From Octopus bimaculoides (taxonomy: Eukaryota): a DNA stretch of 51,481 nt. Below, piece by piece: positions 12,331 through 25,407 of the stretch. Within the stretch, counting starts at the first letter, position 1, and each line of letters begins with the position of its first letter. The notes under the pieces are model-generated. The model saw only the letters and a program-made list of their open reading frames with translations, made no database searches and was not told the origin of the DNA. The DNA lies in the NCBI RefSeq assembly GCF_001194135.2, contig NC_068984.1, positions 78,621,757 to 78,673,237 on the forward strand, in the 5' to 3' direction. The translations under genes and the position numbers were made by a program.

Positions 12331-14094
12331 GCGTGTCTTTGTTAATATAAGATGCTGTTTGTATATATGTGGAAGTATGCATTTGTATATTGATGTATGT
12401 GTGTTATGTGCATGTATTTGTATATGCAAGAAAGATAATATGAAAGGGTTGAAAATGCATTAAATATAGGAGGTGAATATTTCTGTATTATTATATCTAT
12501 TTATATGAAAATGATGGTATAAAAATGTTTCCATATAAAAGCTTTATTGTACAGATATTAACGTATGTTTTCACAAAGTAAGTTTTGAGGAAAAAAAAAA
12601 AAGGGAAAGACAAAGAATCACATTCTGTTGAAAAGGTTTTGTATAAAAAATTTTACTGAACAAATTTTAGTGCATTGTTTTAACTAAGGAAGGAAAATCA
12701 CATTTTACTGACTGGTTTACATTATCATCGGCTTTTACAGTTTAAAGTATGTTCTTTAATCCAGTGGTCAAGGATCTGTGCATCCTTGCTGACCAGTAGT
12801 GCAAGCAGTGATTGTTTCGGTCTTGTGTACAGATACCTTATTCTGCAAGAACAAAAATTCCATATCACCAAAGAATCTGATATCTGACATATGCATAAAG
12901 TGTTTCAAGAATTTCCGATAGACTGCTGCATTGAGTATGGCTCTGAGGAGACTGTTGTAGCAAGTGTGATATAATATGGTTACACACACCATCACTGTAT
13001 GCAAGAATGTGGGAACTTGATGCTGGACACATCAACAGCTGCAGTTCTGTGATTCTTCAGCTTTCTTCTAAACACAGCATGTGTTTTTGCTCACATCACA
13101 TGCAATAACTTCATCATCCAGGTAGCAAAGGAAAAGAAATTCCTATTGAGCATAATGTAATATTCTCTTGCAGGATGAAAGGAAGAATAAGACATAAACA
13201 TTGAGCTGAAATTTCTTTGAAATTGAAATTTGTTCACTGTGGGCATGAATATAAACAATGTGTATCACCAAATTCTGGTTAAATCCAAAACAGAAGCAGT
13301 ATATATAAAATCAATGTCTTTCAAAAAATATAAGATGAATTTAAAACCCATTCCTCTTGAGAACTTCTATATACCAATGCCATTGGTCTTATAACTGAAT
13401 CTGTTAAAAGAAATTTCAGGTGGAGAAACAAAACCAAGAGTCAAAGGACCTGAAGCAATTTAATACACTCTCACATCTGCTATCTCTCTCATCATTGGCT
13501 ATCAATTCCCACACTGTCTCCCACTCGCTATGGCTATGACTATGTATCTCTCTCTGACTGCTATTTCTCTCCCCTTCCACTCTCACACCCTGCACATCAT
13601 CTCTGTATTTTCTAATCTACCTACAGGTTTTCTCTTATTTTTTACTGATCTAAATGCTATATCGTTACTCTCCACCCCTCCAATATTGTCACTTATTACC
13701 TCTTTTTTTCCTTAGCTATTGCTTTTACCTTCTTACACTAATATTTACCATCAAGCATACTCTTCACTGCATTAACCACTACTGCCCAATCTCTAAGCAC
13801 CTGTCTCTCTCTTCTCACACTCCCATGTACTTATTCACCCATCCCCACCAATACTTAGTCTGCATTCGCTCTTATAATTACCTTCTTGTCTTTTGAGAGT
13901 GCACTCTAGCACCTTGTCACCGTCTTTATCTCCTTTACAGCTGCTCCTCCATACTGCTATATAATGTGAGCTAGCAACGTATCTCTTCTACGAGAAGTCA
14001 CCTGTGCCTGACCTATCATACTTTTAACCTCTGAATACCTGACAATAATGCCCCCTCTCCCTCTACAAGAACCTCACTGAGTTGAGGAGGTTCC

Positions 14095-14330
14095 TTTTTC
14101 TTTGTCTTGCAAGTTTCTTGGTAACATTACTAGTACTGGTGTCACGGAGAAAGCACCCAGTACTCTCTGTAAAGCAGTTGGCATTAGGAAGGGTATCCAG
14201 CTTGTAGAAACCATGCAAAAATAAACATTGGTACTTGATGCAGTCCTCCAGTTAGTTGGATCCTGTCAAATTGTCTTGTCTATGTTAGCATGGAAGATGG
14301 AAATAACATGAGGATATGATGAATTTAGTC
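14095..14330 (+). mobile_element. RTE-type LINE 3' UTR/tail fragment
   Basis: gttggcattaggaagggtatccagc...agcatggaagatgg...gatga, the same tail as 32572-32860 and 16312-16408. Confidence 0.6.
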
Positions 14331-14497
14331 TTGTAAAGTACTCAATGTGCTTGAGACATAGAGTAACAGATAATTTCATGTAAAATTCTGTACACTACCT
14401 GAATTATAAACACTGAGAGCTGTATAACTTGAAATGAAAAGCTAATATATTATGCACACAAACGCACATACTCACTCACATAAGCATGCATGTACAT

Positions 14498-14538
<41 letters not shown>

Positions 14539-14828
14539 AACACACATACGCGCTCGCTCGCACATACATACAAAGAAGTGTGAGAGCAGGAAAATATGGG
14601 TGGAAGTATTTATAGTTTATGTGTGTGTTTGTGAGTTGTGGGTAGATGCCTGTGTGTAGCTGTGTTGATATAAGTATATGTGGTTCTGTGTGTGTTTGTG
14701 TGCAACTATATGTAAATGTATTTTGATGTTTGAGGAAAACCTGTCTTCTCAGTACATTTGTTCATTTAAAACCTTCCTCTCTTTCTTCCTTCCTCTCTCT
14801 GTCACAGTGAGTTCATCTTTCTTTCTCA

Positions 14829-14878
<50 letters not shown>

Positions 14879-15010
14879 GTCACTCCCTCTATTACTTTCT
14901 TTCACTCTTTTCCTTTTATTCTTCTGGTTCACCTCTTCAAAGTGTTCTTGATTTCCTCTTTATCTACCCTACTTAAAGTACTGATGGCTTGTAGAAGTGA
15001 ACCTTTGAGG

Positions 15011-15062
<52 letters not shown>

Positions 15063-15068
15063 TTGTGC

Positions 15069-15105
<37 letters not shown>

Positions 15106-15784
15106 CACACACACACATACACAAACACATACATACACATATACATAAACAGATAGATATATACGTGTGCATGTAATTTTATGCATTTGTTTATGTGGAT
15201 ATGCTCGTATCATATATGCAGATGAGTGAGTTGAAGGAGTGCCGGAGTACCCAGTCAGTCTATGAATTAACTGGACGTATTTTATTACCAAGGAGTACCG
15301 CCTGTGAAGTGTCTGTCTTCAAAACGCTTTTAACCCTATGAGCCAGTGAAGCCAGTGAGGGAGTGAGGTGTGAGTGCTTGACACAGTTCTGCAACCTGCA
15401 AGAAATAGTAGTAAAATCTACTACTAACCAACACTGCTGCCCTCGAAAAAGAAAATGAACATACTAGGTAATGCTGAAATAATTCATTTTTAATGGTTGA
15501 ACTTAAGTAGAGAAACTATAAATGATAAATAGCATGTAAATATTGGGTTAAAAAACTCTTTGTATAGAAAAATGAAAAACTGCCCATGTGACTTGAACTC
15601 ACATCTGTAAACATGACAGCCTTTGAGTTGTTCTACCCAAAGGCTTTTTTTTTAAAACCTAATATTTACAAGCTATTATTTATAGCTTTTCTACTTGGAG
15701 TTCAACTGTTAAAAATGAATTATTTTGCATTCTCTTGAAGTTTCTACATACTGTCATCACAGGATATATGTGTACATGCATATA

Positions 15785-16261
15785 CCGTAAATCCTCGAGT
15801 ATAATCTGCATTTTCCCCCAAAAATTTAAAGGTCAAAATCCTTAGTGCACACTATATACAAAAAAAATGAAAAATATTTTCTAAGCAATGTCCGAGTCTC
15901 TATTTGCTGTCCGGCAATGTTTATTCAGACACATTTTGTCATGTCGGGAGCAAAAATACTTTAAACTAATACCTTAAGCTATATTTATTTTTCACTGATG
16001 TTATTACTGTTATTTCTTTATTTTCTGCAAACAAAGTGCACAAAAAAGTTGCATGTTTGCATTATGTTATATATACAATAATGATAAAGGACGTTACCGT
16101 ATATATGTTTACAAACCAAGGACATTATATCGACCTCCTTGACTCAAGTTAGAGAAGGGGTGCGTATTATATACAAGGTTTAGGTTTCTCAGAGGTACAG
16201 CCCCCCCTAAAAATCCCCTTCATATTATACTCAAGGGCGGACTATACTTGAGGATTTATAG
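15785..16261. mobile_element. pogo/Tigger-type MITE, copy 1
   Basis: TIRs CCGTAAATCCTCGAGTATAATC / GACTATACTTGAGGATTTATAG, TA on both sides; colinear with 50012-50495. Confidence 0.85.
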
Positions 16262-16689
16262 TATATATCTACGTGTGTGTGTGTATGCATATTATGCATG
16301 TATATTCGTAGACAACTGGAGCCTGGTGCAGCCCTCCAGCTTGACAACACTTGTCAAACTGTCCAACCCATGCCAACATGGAAAACAGACATTAAATGAT
16401 GATGACTAGTGTGCCAGCATGCATGTTACATTGCCAATGAGTTTAGAATTCTCCAATTGGCTCCAGCTTGACCCTTATGCTAAAACTGGCACGTTCCTGC
16501 CTCTCACACCTCCCCAACAATGTCATTCTAAAAATATACAATCATGTCATCGAAATCTTGAAGCTGCAAGATAATGCATAATTAATAAACATTACTCTTG
16601 TCCAAGTAATCTGAATGCTAAAGAGTTAAGTCCCAGTTTCCTTAGCACTATGAATTCAATCAGCACATCGGAAGTAGACTGCTAGCTCA

Positions 16690-16820
16690 TGCTGTCCTAC
16701 ATATTTCTCTTCGCCATGGTTTCCTTCCACTTGTATCACTAGGTATTTCTTCATTCAGCTGTCCTCTACATTCGTCACATCTGTATCAACTCAGTCTCCT
16801 CTTTTGCACACTAGATCTGA
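16690..16820 (-). mobile_element. Old RTE ORF fragment
   Basis: Minus frame IRSSVQKRRLS*Y, resembling the RRLRWYGH region of the element at 18250-18774. Confidence 0.45.
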
Positions 16821-17559
16821 TTCTTTTTATTAGCAGCACAGGCAGCATTAATACTGAGAATATTAATACTTTTATCTCTTGATATTAATACTACCCCTCT
16901 CCATACCTCTCAGTATTATACTTCTCGATACCTATTAATACTGCTTTTGTTGCTAATATATATTTTTTAACAAGCTCACTGGCTAATTGCAATACCAGCA
17001 CCTGTTCTGGCACTGTTATTTTATATATCACTGGATGGGAAATGAATTGCTGCTATCCCTAGCAGTTGAGCTGCCATCACTGACAAGACCAAGGAAGGTC
17101 GAAATCATGTGATCTAGAGGTGGTGGGGATTTATCTCCTTACTAGTGTTATAAACAACAGTGCATTTTGCACCAAAAACCAATATGAGAGTTTTTCTCAT
17201 GGTAACTACTGCTGTATAGTTTGTTCTAACAGAACATCTGCATTTAAGTGGGGATAAATATCATCTTATTCTTTTTGTACCTAATTTTTCTCCTAGTTCG
17301 TTTTGTTGCTATTATGCAAAAGTATTGTAAGTCGAAAAAATGGCTTTTTCAGAAAACGAAAAAATAGTTTCACCATTCCATAACGAAACCATTGTACTAG
17401 ACTTTGACAATTTTTAATATCTTAGCATCTGAAGCAGCTGGACATATGATAAATAAAAAAAATAAATGTGCCCTTTTAAAGCCTAGCCAGGCTCATGAGC
17501 CCGGTTTCCCAGTTTCAATGGTGTATGTGTTCCCCAGCTGGGCAACACATATACCATAT

Positions 17560-17619
<60 letters not shown>

Positions 17620-17740
17620 ATATGAGAGATATTGGTGTCAAGAAGACTCAAAGGTGCCAGGTAATGCTGAGTAAGTGCTATGGATAGAATATAGTTAAGT
17701 TCCAGGTTCAATAATGATACCAATGAGGAGTCCAAAACGT

Positions 17741-18775
17741 TGTATTTTACGTGCTACCTGCACAGGAGCCAGTCCAGCGGCACTGGCAACGACGTCGCTC
17801 GAATGTCTTTTCATGTCCCACCGGCACAAGTGCCAGTAAGACGAAGCTGGTAACGATCACGCTCAAATGGTGCTATTTATGTGCTACTGGCACGGAAGCC
17901 ATACAGCTGCTCTGGCAACAATCACACTTGGACGGTGTTCTTAGCACTCCACTGGTACAGGTGCCATCATGATTTCGCTTTCACTTGCTCCAACAGGTCT
18001 TCGCAAGCCAAGTTTAGTGTCCAATGAAGGAGAGGTTGGCATGGATGCCAGTCGTCGAATTTGGTTCGATTTCGATTTCACTTGCCTCAACAGGTCTTCA
18101 CAAGCGGAGTTTAGTGTCCAATGAAGGAAAGGCACGCATAAGTGGGCTGGCTACACCCCTGGCAGAGGCCTCGGATTATGGTCTCACTTGGCTTGCCAGG
18201 TCTTCTCATGCACAGCATATTTCCAAAGGTCTCGGTCAGAAGTCATTACCTCGGTGAGGCCTAATGTTCAAAGGTCGTGCTTCACCACCTCATCCCAGGT
18301 CTTAGTGAGTCTACGTCTTCCACAGGTTCCCTCAACCGCTAGGGTGTTGCACTTTTTGACACAGCTATCCTCATCCATTCTCACCACATGACCATACCAG
18401 CGCAATCGTCTCTTTTGCATACCACAACTGATGCTTCTTAGGTTCAACTTTTCTCTGAAGGTAATTACACTCTGTTGAGTATGCTCACTGACATTACACA
18501 TCCATCAGAGCATACTGGCTTCATTCCTTGCGAGCTTACACATGTCCTCAGCAGTCATGGCCCATGTTTCACTGCCATGTAGCATGGCTGTTCGTACACA
18601 TGCATCATACAGTCTGCCTTTTACTCTGAGCGAGAGGCCCTTTGTCATCAGCAGAGGTAACAGCTCTCTGAACTTTGCCCAGGCTATTCTTATTCTAGCA
18701 GCTACACTTTCAGCGCACCTTCCCCCACTACTAACATGGTCACCTAGATAGCGGAAGCTATCAACTACGTCTAGT
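17741..18775 (-). mobile_element. RTE-clade LINE 3' portion (ORF end plus modular 3' UTR), running into a gap
   Basis: LDVVDSFRYLGD...RIRIAWAKFRELLPLL...RLYDACVRTAMLHGSETW...ML*WMCN...RRLRWYGHVVRM...VEGTCGR...KTWDEVVKHDL; one in-frame TGA; 3' UTR matches the reverse complement of 32575-32640. Confidence 0.9.
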
Positions 18776-19386
18776 NNNNNNNNNNNNNNNNNNNNNNNNN
18801 NNNNNNNNNNNNNNNNNNNNNNNNNNNNNNNNNNNNNNNNNNNNNNNNNNNNNNNNNNNNNNNNNNNNNNNNNNNNNNNNNNNNNNNNNNNNNNNNNNNN
18901 NNNNNNNNNNNNNNNNNNNNNNNNNNNNNNNNNNNNNNNNNNNNNNNNNNNNNNNNNNNNNNNNNNNNNNNNNNNNNNNNNNNNNNNNNNNNNNNNNNNN
19001 NNNNNNNNNNNNNNNNNNNNNNNNNNNNNNNNNNNNNNNNNNNNNNNNNNNNNNNNNNNNNNNNNNNNNNNNNNNNNNNNNNNNNNNNNNNNNNNNNNNN
19101 NNNNNNNNNNNNNNNNNNNNNNNNNNNNNNNNNNNNNNNNNNNNNNNNNNNNNNNNNNNNNNNNNNNNNNNNNNNNNNNNNNNNNNNNNNNNNNNNNNNN
19201 NNNNNNNNNNNNNNNNNNNNNNNNNNNNNNNNNNNNNNNNNNNNNNNNNNNNNNNNNNNNNNNNNNNNNNNNNNNNNNNNNNNNNNNNNNNNNNNNNNNN
19301 NNNNNNNNNNNNNNNNNNNNNNNNNNNNNNNNNTATATATATATATATATATATATGTGTGTTTATATATATATGTATTCGAGTAG

Positions 19387-19617
19387 GTAAATGACAATGA
19401 CCTTTTTGTGTGCATAATTTGTGACAGACCATGCCTGTCTTTTTCTGGGCTTAAATCTCATTTGCAAACCCATGGAAAACGAACTTCCACCAACCATTCT
19501 GCTTATATGTCTGTGCACACCTTTGAATGCTGTGCATGCCAGAAGGTTTGCAAATCTAACGGAGACCTCAAAAGACATTTTAAGATCCACAAGGATCAGA
19601 ACTTATCTGCAGTGTAG
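19387..19617 (+). other. Open frame encoding two C2H2 zinc fingers; probably a LINE C-terminus, possibly a terminal exon
   Basis: CIIC-x12-HLQTH (19411-19473) and CCAC-x12-HFKIH (19528-19590), 18-aa linker, no TGEKP; in-frame TAG immediately upstream. Confidence 0.6.
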
Positions 19618-20802
19618 TTTGTACTGGGGTGCCACACCATTATAGATCCAAAGAATCAACAACTGTTATGCTTTGATCAGTCTCTACCTGTACGTCTTAA
19701 CTGTGGCAATTGCCAGAATCTACTGGTACACTATTTTAAATTACTTGTATGCAGACATTGGATTTATTAGAAATTGCTACTAAATTTCCCTCAAATCACA
19801 CTTTGCTATTTTAGTAAAGGACATATTGGTTAATACGATCCTAGATACCTTCTCCTCCAAGGCCGTCTTATCATACAGTATAAGCTTGTAGACAAATAAA
19901 TGCCTTTGACCCTGAAGTATTTATTTATTTGACAGCAACCTACAGCATGCTTAGATAAAACTTAGGCCACTAGATCCATGAGGCCTCCAAGCAACTTATT
20001 CAGTGTGCCCATGCAGGCACCCCCGAATACTTGTTATTATCAATATGTTCAGATTTGACCTGGTGCTAAACGATAATATCAGTAACTTCAACAAAATCAA
20101 CAGCAACAAACATTCAAAAGTAGAGTGTACATTGTAAAAAGCACAATATCTCCTGATTGTCATGCTGCACCTCATGTGATTAACTACTGTATGTGTGGGT
20201 ATGAAGTATGGGTCTTAAAGTGGCAAGGACCCAAAAGGCTCGTTGTTAATTTACAGAATTTTAATTATGAAGAATGTGAGAGACAATTTCTGGGAATGGT
20301 GCTGATCTACTGCAGGTACATTTTTTTTTTTCTCTGGAATAAAATTGAACTCCATACTTCTTGTTGATAAAATACTGATTGATTTCACAATGCTTTTTAC
20401 AGTGCTTAATAAATGACCCCCTTACTTAGATAGGTTGTCTGGGTAACCAAAAGCTTAATGCTTTGGGAATATATGAGATCCAGTTTAAATGAAATGTACC
20501 AATGGCCTCTCAACTCGTTGTCCTGTACCTTATTGAGTCATCCTTTTGTTACAGAGCACAGGAGGCTTGCCAAGTGTTCAGTAATTCATAATTTGTAGTA
20601 TGACTCTGACCAAGACACTTCAATAACTCAATCTGCTTAGCTGTAAACAAACAGCAGCAAGTCATTGTTGCTATGAGTCAATTCTAATCCAATAGGTGTC
20701 TGATTAAAGGAATTCCAGTTGTGATGATTCTGTCTGTCATTCAGACATAGTGTATCAAAGATTATATCATTGAATGTGCCTTCTCCTTATTATTATTATT
20801 AA

Positions 20803-21247
20803 GGCAGTGAGCTGGCAGAATTGTTAGCACACCAGGCAAAATGCCTAGCAGATTTAATCCATCCTTACATTCTGAGTTCAAGTACCACCTTTCATCCTTT
20901 TGGGAGTCAATAAAGTACCAGTGAAACACTGGAGTCGATGAAATAGACTAGTCCCCTCTCCCAAAATTTTGAGCCTTGTGCCTTTATTAGAAATTATTAT
21001 TATTATTATTATTATTATTATGATTATTATTATTATTATTATTATTATGGTGGCAAGCTGGCAGAATCGTTAGCACACTGGGCAAAATGCTTAGTGGTAT
21101 TTCGCCGAGTTCAAATTCCGCCAAGGTTAACTTTGCCTTTCACCCTTTTGGGGGTTGATAACATAAGAACTAGTTAAGTACTGAGGTTGATGTAATCGAC
21201 CATCCGCCTCCCACCAAATTTCAGGCCTTATGCCTATAGTAGAAAGG

Positions 21248-21294
<47 letters not shown>

Positions 21295-21295
21295 A
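20803..21295 (+). mobile_element. Two tandem family B SINEs, each ending in an (ATT)n tail
   Basis: Heads at about 20803 and 21048 (gagctggcagaa / aagctggcagaa); (ATT)n at about 20995-21047 and 21248-21294. Confidence 0.8.
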
Positions 21296-21528
21296 TAGTA
21301 GGGTTCAGTTTGAGGTAGATTTGGTTGTTATTTCCAGCAGATCGAATAACTGTATAGAGGCTTCCACCGCATTAATTTGAAATTATGGCAGCAGCAGCAG
21401 CAGCAGCAGCAGTGGTAGTAGTAGTAGTAATAGTAGTAGTAGTAGTAGTTGATATTATAAATTTTTAGTCAGCCCTGACTAAGCAGACAGTGCAGCTGTA
21501 ACTGTCTGACCTTATTGGATACAATTAT

Positions 21529-21754
21529 TTAATCCTTTAGCATTTAAACCGACCATATCAGGTCCAAAATCTCTATCTGTTTTATGTTCAAACGGTCAGA
21601 TCTGGCCTTTCACACCTGTCCCATAATACCTTTTTAAAAATAAACTATCACATCATCAAAATTTTGAAGCTACAAAATGATGCATATTAAATGAAAACAA
21701 TGTGAATAAATAAGCATTGCATTTGATAGAGGAATCTGAATGTTAAATAGTTAA
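21529..21754. mobile_element. piggyBac-type MITE (TTAA-flanked)
   Basis: ttaatcctttagcattt ... aatgttaaatagttaa; same family as 3821-4048 in the opposite orientation. Confidence 0.65.
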
Positions 21755-21902
21755 TGTATTCTTAATTTTTTTGTTCAAGCTACAGAGTGTTGATTGGAGG
21801 AAATTTGGTTATTACTTCTACAGGCTGAGCAACCATATAGAAACTCCTTCATTGGCTGATATCATGTTTGGTTATCTTTCAGTCAACCTTGATCATACAG
21901 AC

Positions 21903-22161
21903 CAGTGGTTCTCAATTGGGGATCAACATGAGCAAAATAGTCTATCAAGGACCCACAGGGTTCATGAAAAAATTTTGCTTTAAGAAACTGCTAGATTTCT
22001 TTCTTTAATGTTTTATATAGCTCAACCTACACAAGTGAATGTGCAACAAAGAAATTGGGAATTTTGAAAGAAATATCTATATCGAATGACTATGAGGAAG
22101 TACCGGAATAAAATAGTAATCAAAAGGATCCATAAGTAATAAAAATGATTGAGAACCACTA
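21903..22161. mobile_element. hAT-type MITE
   Basis: TIRs CAGTGGTTCTCAA / TTGAGAACCACTA; 8-bp TSD atacagac (21895-21902) / atatagac (22162-22169), 7 of 8 identical. Confidence 0.8.
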
Positions 22162-22994
22162 ATATAGACCTGTCATCAGAGGCACTCCAGTTGTGACCAT
22201 ACTGTCTATTTTTCAGATGTATTTCAATATTAATTGCATAATCCACTGTGGCTTTCTGTATTTTTATGATAGTATGTATGATTTGAGGGCAGTTTGGCTG
22301 CTATTTCTTTGAGCTGACCGAGTGACCACATCAAGGTTTCATCATTAATTGATATAAATAAGATATCATCAATGCCACCACCATCATCATCACTACCATC
22401 ATCATCATTGTCACCACCACCATCATGCCACCACCATCTTCACCATCATCAGCTATCAGCTCCTCTTAATAAGTTGAGCACCCGTGACTATTCTAATACT
22501 ATCCATAGTTAGCTGTGGTTGTGTAGATGATGTTCCAATCCTTTCCAAGTTAGCTGGTAGATCATTGCAGGATTTGAATTCAGAATACATAGAGTCAGAA
22601 TGTACAATCTAAGGCATCCCATCCCATGCAGCCAGTCCATCCCCTACACCAGTATTTCATTTATTAACCTTTGCAGAGACTTGGTCTAGTGGTTAGGGTG
22701 TTGCACTAATGATAACCAGATCATGCGTTCAATTCTCGGACTGGGCAGTGTGTTGTGTTCTTCATTTAATGTTGCTCTAGAGCACTACGGGGACTGACAT
22801 GTGAAAGCATAGACCCAACTTTTCTTCTGCATGTTGCAAAAGCAACTAAAAGAAGTTGAGGTAGGACTTGCACTCCGGCCTTGTAAAACCCTAACCAGTA
22901 ACAACTATCCAAGTAGACCCATGGGTTGGAGGGTTGTTACCTGAGTGGTGCAAAGGCATCATCTGCCAGGAATAGTTGAGACTCCTTCCTTTTC

Positions 22995-23192
22995 TTTCTT
23001 GAGTCATATCAGCTCATAAGGGCTGGTTTCCCAGTTCACATGGTCAGTTGAGTGAAATGGAGTGAAATGGAGCAGTGTGAAAATAAAGTGTCTTGCTCAA
23101 GGACACAATAAATTGCCTGGTCCAGGAATCGAAACCACAACCTTACACTCATGAGTCCAACACCCTAACCACTAAGCCATGTGCCTCCACCA
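22995..23192 (-). mobile_element. tRNA-derived SINE (family D-like head)
   Basis: Minus strand gtggaggcacatggcttagtggttaggg...gtttcgattcctgg, with A- and B-box-like motifs. Confidence 0.7.
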
Positions 23193-23554
23193 GTAGTTAA
23201 GAATCACCATCAAATGATGGATGTAGTGACACGCTGTTACAGCGCCAGTGAGATTTGAGTTCGAAATGTAAAGAGCTGGAGTAAATACTACAAGCGGTAC
23301 CATTACTTGTAAATACTACAAGCGGTACCGTCTGGCCCATTAATGCTTCTGTCAGTGTAGAGAGTAATATCTTCTTTCTATTTCGGAATCTTACGGATCC
23401 TTAAAACTAATGTTTACCTTAAGCATTTATATCGTGTTTGTAATTGTGTATAGGTATGTGTGTGTATGAGTATGCATGAATGCACATATATGTGTGTGTG
23501 TGGGTGTGTGTGTGTGTGTGGGTGTGTGTGTGTGTGTGTGTGTACTGGGAGTTG

Positions 23555-23618
<64 letters not shown>

Positions 23619-23621
<3 letters not shown>

Positions 23622-23918
23622 GGTGCATGGCTCAGTGGTTAGAGCATCAAACTTATAACCGTGAGGTTGTGAGTTTGAATCCCGGACCAGGCTGCATGTT
23701 GTGTTCTTGAGCAAGACACTTTATTTCATGTTGCTCCAGTTTACTCAGCTGTAGAAATGAGTTGCGACGTCACAGGTACCAAGATGTATTGGCCTTTGCC
23801 TTTCCCTTGGATAACATCGGTGGTATGGAGAGGGGAGGCTGGTATGCATAGGCAACTGATGGTCTTCCATAAACAACCTTGCCCGGACTTGTGCCTCGGA
23901 AGGTAACTTTCTAGGTCT
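23619..23918 (+). mobile_element. tRNA-derived SINE, family C
   Basis: A box TGGCTCAGTGG, B box GTTTGAATCC; body colinear with 9698-10032. Confidence 0.9.
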
Positions 23919-23922
23919 TCGA

Positions 23923-23963
<41 letters not shown>

Positions 23964-24140
23964 TTCATAAGCACACACACACATATATACTACTTGTACA
24001 GAAATGCATATGACACAAACGCATAGCTTTTTCATGTGTTCATATATATTTGTGTACGTATGTGTGTCCATATTGATATATATTTATATTAGTAGTTATT
24101 TTTCTGCTGTTGTTTCGATTGTATCACATCCGTGTTTGTG

Positions 24141-24190
<50 letters not shown>

Positions 24191-25372
24191 ATAGATATTA
24201 TACAGGTGAATATTAGAATCAGTAGAACATCAATTGACATACCTTATGTCTTTTTGCTGAAACCATTCTGTGTCTTGACTTAAATCCTACTGAGGTCTGA
24301 TTTCCTTTCCATTCCACTAAGGATGTAAAAATAGCTATTAATTGATACAGTAGCACTAGGAGTTGACCGCATCAACTCCCTGTATTTAAGGTCAGTGCCC
24401 CAGCATTGTCGCAGTCCACTAACTTAAACCAAAAGAATCTATACATAATCACATTGTGTGTGTATATGCATGCATATTCTTGTTTAACTTCTGATCGATC
24501 CTGCCTTAGCAGATCTATAATCGTAGACATTCCATCTTTCTAGAAGCGCCTGTGTTTACCATTCCGTAATATGTCCTTCCACTTTTTGAAGCGTTGTTTA
24601 AGGATGATCTCACTGTTTTTTTCAACCAATCCGTGCTAGAACATCAAGGCTTTCTTTATATCTATACATATGCATGAATGTATGTATACACATACACAAA
24701 CATATATTCATATGTGTATATATATATATAGGCATGTCTATCTGTATTTGCATATATATGTCTGGGTTTGAACATGTTTGTGTGTATGTGTATACACACA
24801 CGCATATTCATACACCTATGCTGATACAAAGGCACTTCGATGATGTACTTACTTCTGCAAACTGCTAGAAAGAGCAGTCAGATCTCTTTCATAATATCCC
24901 ACAAACACACTTGTATATATATTTATATATACACAAACTTATACACACACAACCACTCTGCCCTATACATATGTATATAGATTTTAAACTTTTTAAACAG
25001 TTGACGAATTTCAATCGCATGATGTCTTTAAAAGTATGAGCACGTAATCCTGTTAACTTGCATTATATTTACATTTACATATATACGTGTGCGCATGCGC
25101 ACCTATATGCGCAGTTGCGTATAGTGTGTCTATGAATGCACGCATATGTGTGTGTGTGTGTGTATGTTTATGTGTATTTGTGAGTACGTGTTGATGATTT
25201 GATATGTGAACAGAAAAAGAGTACTCGACATATGAAGTTGTGTTTATCGAGACATTCAAAGCGGATGGTTCATTCTATCGCTCCTCGGAGTTTCATGTTA
25301 TGTATGATCTGTCAGGTAGCAAAACAACTGGAATTGCACAAACACACAGAAGGGTGCTAAATATACATGTGA

Positions 25373-25407
<35 letters not shown>

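Noticed and set aside
17741-17970. Regularly spaced ~65-bp repeats considered as a CRISPR-like array
   Set aside because: The units are whole diverged tandem modules without unique spacers, within a eukaryotic LINE 3' UTR.
20257-20315. Candidate 59-nt plus-strand exon (NFNYEECERQFLGMVLIYC); similar isolated acceptors near 5240, 28229 and 28847
   Set aside because: They could not be chained into a coherent reading frame or matched to a known protein, and such signals are common in AT-rich DNA.
23619-23690. tRNA-like sequences with A and B boxes (also 9698 and 51390-51457)
   Set aside because: They continue into SINE bodies, recur as diverged copies and do not give a clean cloverleaf.
23419-23714. 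ORFs of HTHT, YIYI, VCVC, SLSL or RERE repeats here and throughout the window
   Set aside because: Translations of (CA)n, (TA)n and (GA)n microsatellites.
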